Source: Candidatus Lindowbacteria bacterium RIFCSPLOWO2_12_FULL_62_27 (GTDB lineage Bacteria > Lindowbacteria > 2-12-FULL-62-27). Taken from it: a stretch of 64,000 nt of DNA. The DNA lies in NCBI GenBank assembly GCA_001784175.1, contig MFPR01000004.1, forward strand, positions 124,001 to 188,000, in the 5' to 3' direction. Of the stretch, positions 62,937-64,000 are shown piece by piece (position 1 is the first letter of the stretch; each line of letters starts with the position of its first letter). The position numbers were made by a program, and so were the translations under genes. The notes beneath the pieces were generated by a model that was given only the letters and a program-made list of their open reading frames with translations, ran no database searches and was not told where the DNA came from.

Positions 62937-64000
62937 CGGGACTGGACGTTCTGGATATTCACCCGCACCAGCGGCCAGAATTTTTCCCAGAAGTCCCCCA
63001 GGTTGGAAATCACGCTCTTCGGAACAAAAATCACGTCGCCCTCCGACAGCTCCATGTCGTTCTGAACCTGGCGGTCCATGACCAGCCGCTCGAGGGCCAC
63101 GGTGAAAACCTGCGTCTGGCCCGTCGGCGAGACCCGCACGACGCGGGTCGAGTCGAGGACGGCGCCGGGAACATGATAGCCCGCGCGCGCCATGGCGGCG
63201 AGGACATGCGAGCCGGCGGGCAGGTCATAGGCGCCGGGGGACCGGACCATGCCGAGAACAAACACGCGGATGGAGAGTTTGGGCGGGACGAAGAGAAGGT
63301 CTCCGTCTTTGAGTTCCGGCGCGTCCGCGGGCGAGCGGCGGCCGTTGAGGATCTGGGACAAGTCGACCGGCAGGCGGCTTCCGTCCGGCCTCACCATGAA
63401 CGCGCGCGCCGGGTCCGCCTGGTCGGTCAATCCTCCGGCCGAGGTCAGAACGTCGGTCACCCAGGTCGGCGTGCGCTCGATCCAGACTTTCCCGGGAGCG
63501 CGGACCTCGCCCTGGACCCGGACCATGCCCTTTTCGCCGGAAGCGATCACATAGATGACATCGCCGGCGTGGAGGGAACGGTTCATGTCCATTTTGGCTT
63601 CGTTCAGGATGGCCGACAGCGAAATCGGCTCGCGCGCGCCGGCGCGCAAAAGAACGACCTGGTCGGCGCCTTCGACCGCCGGTTTCGACACCCAGCCGGC
63701 CCGGGCCAGCACATCGAGGATCCGGTCGTCGCCCATGAGCGGATACGTTCCGGGGATTTTGACGTTGCCGATCACGAGAACCTTCTGGCTGACAAAATCC
63801 TCGACGAAGACGGTGACGTCCGGCTGACGGTAATATTTTTTCAACCGGAGCTTGAGGACTTCGCTGATCTGGGTCGGCGTGAAATCGCGCACGTGGACGG
63901 ACCCGATCATGTCGAAACTGATTTTGCCGTCCGGCCGGACACGCACTTCACGCTCGCTGGTTTCCTTGCCGTCATAGAGGCGAATCCGCAACACGTCTCC
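62933..64000 (-). CDS. Polysaccharide export protein (Wza-like, SLBB repeats), 5' truncated by the window edge
   Basis: VRPDGKISF..IG.V, three SLBB repeats (V.V.G.V..PG), GDVIFVP. Confidence 0.85.
   Translation of the reverse strand, partial: GDVLRIRLYDGKETSEREVRVRPDGKISFDMIGSVHVRDFTPTQISEVLKLRLKKYYRQPDVTVFVEDFVSQKVLVIGNVKIPGTYPLMGDDRILDVLARAGWVSKPAVEGADQVVLLRAGAREPISLSAILNEAKMDMNRSLHAGDVIYVIASGEKGMVRVQGEVRAPGKVWIERTPTWVTDVLTSAGGLTDQADPARAFMVRPDGSRLPVDLSQILNGRRSPADAPELKDGDLLFVPPKLSIRVFVLGMVRSPGAYDLPAGSHVLAAMARAGYHVPGAVLDSTRVVRVSPTGQTQVFTVALERLVMDRQVQNDMELSEGDVIFVPKSVISNLGDFWEKFWPLVRVNIQNVQSR

Overview
GC-rich bacterial chromosome segment. The lineage cannot be assigned from this sequence alone; the gene content is diderm-like and includes a PVC-type Minf_1886 family gene. 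Left to right: (1) 5' end of acnA and an AAA+/DUF4143 ATPase. (2) A ~7 kb accessory block bracketed by a 68-bp direct repeat, with a RelE/Phd-type TA pair, an IS1634-like remnant, a Sel1 protein, a HhH-like hypothetical, and CsgG- and LPP20-like envelope proteins. (3) MerR-like HTH, an unannotated 59-aa ORF, recA and recQ. (4) A surface-fibre locus: an FlgD-Ig protein and a 1842-aa protein with ~25 GNVGIGT repeats and a C-terminal S74 chaperone. (5) A reverse transcriptase with C-terminal HEAT-like repeats. Its frame extends 102 codons upstream of the ORF-track call to an ATA codon overlapping the stop of the Minf_1886-like gene. (6) Two glycan-modification clusters around zapA and an archaeal-type rnhB. 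(7) HDOD protein, tRNA-Thr and the rpmG-tRNA-Trp-secE-nusG-rplKAJL-rpoBC operon. (8) Two tandem double-cNMP-binding paralogues, tRNA-Pro, MerR and Wzc/Wza-like export genes. No CRISPR array, rRNA or intact transposase was seen. The best candidate for an undescribed system is the UG/Abi-like RT-HEAT gene, with its non-canonical coupled start and its neighbouring modular fibre locus. All product calls come from motif recognition by eye, not from database searches.
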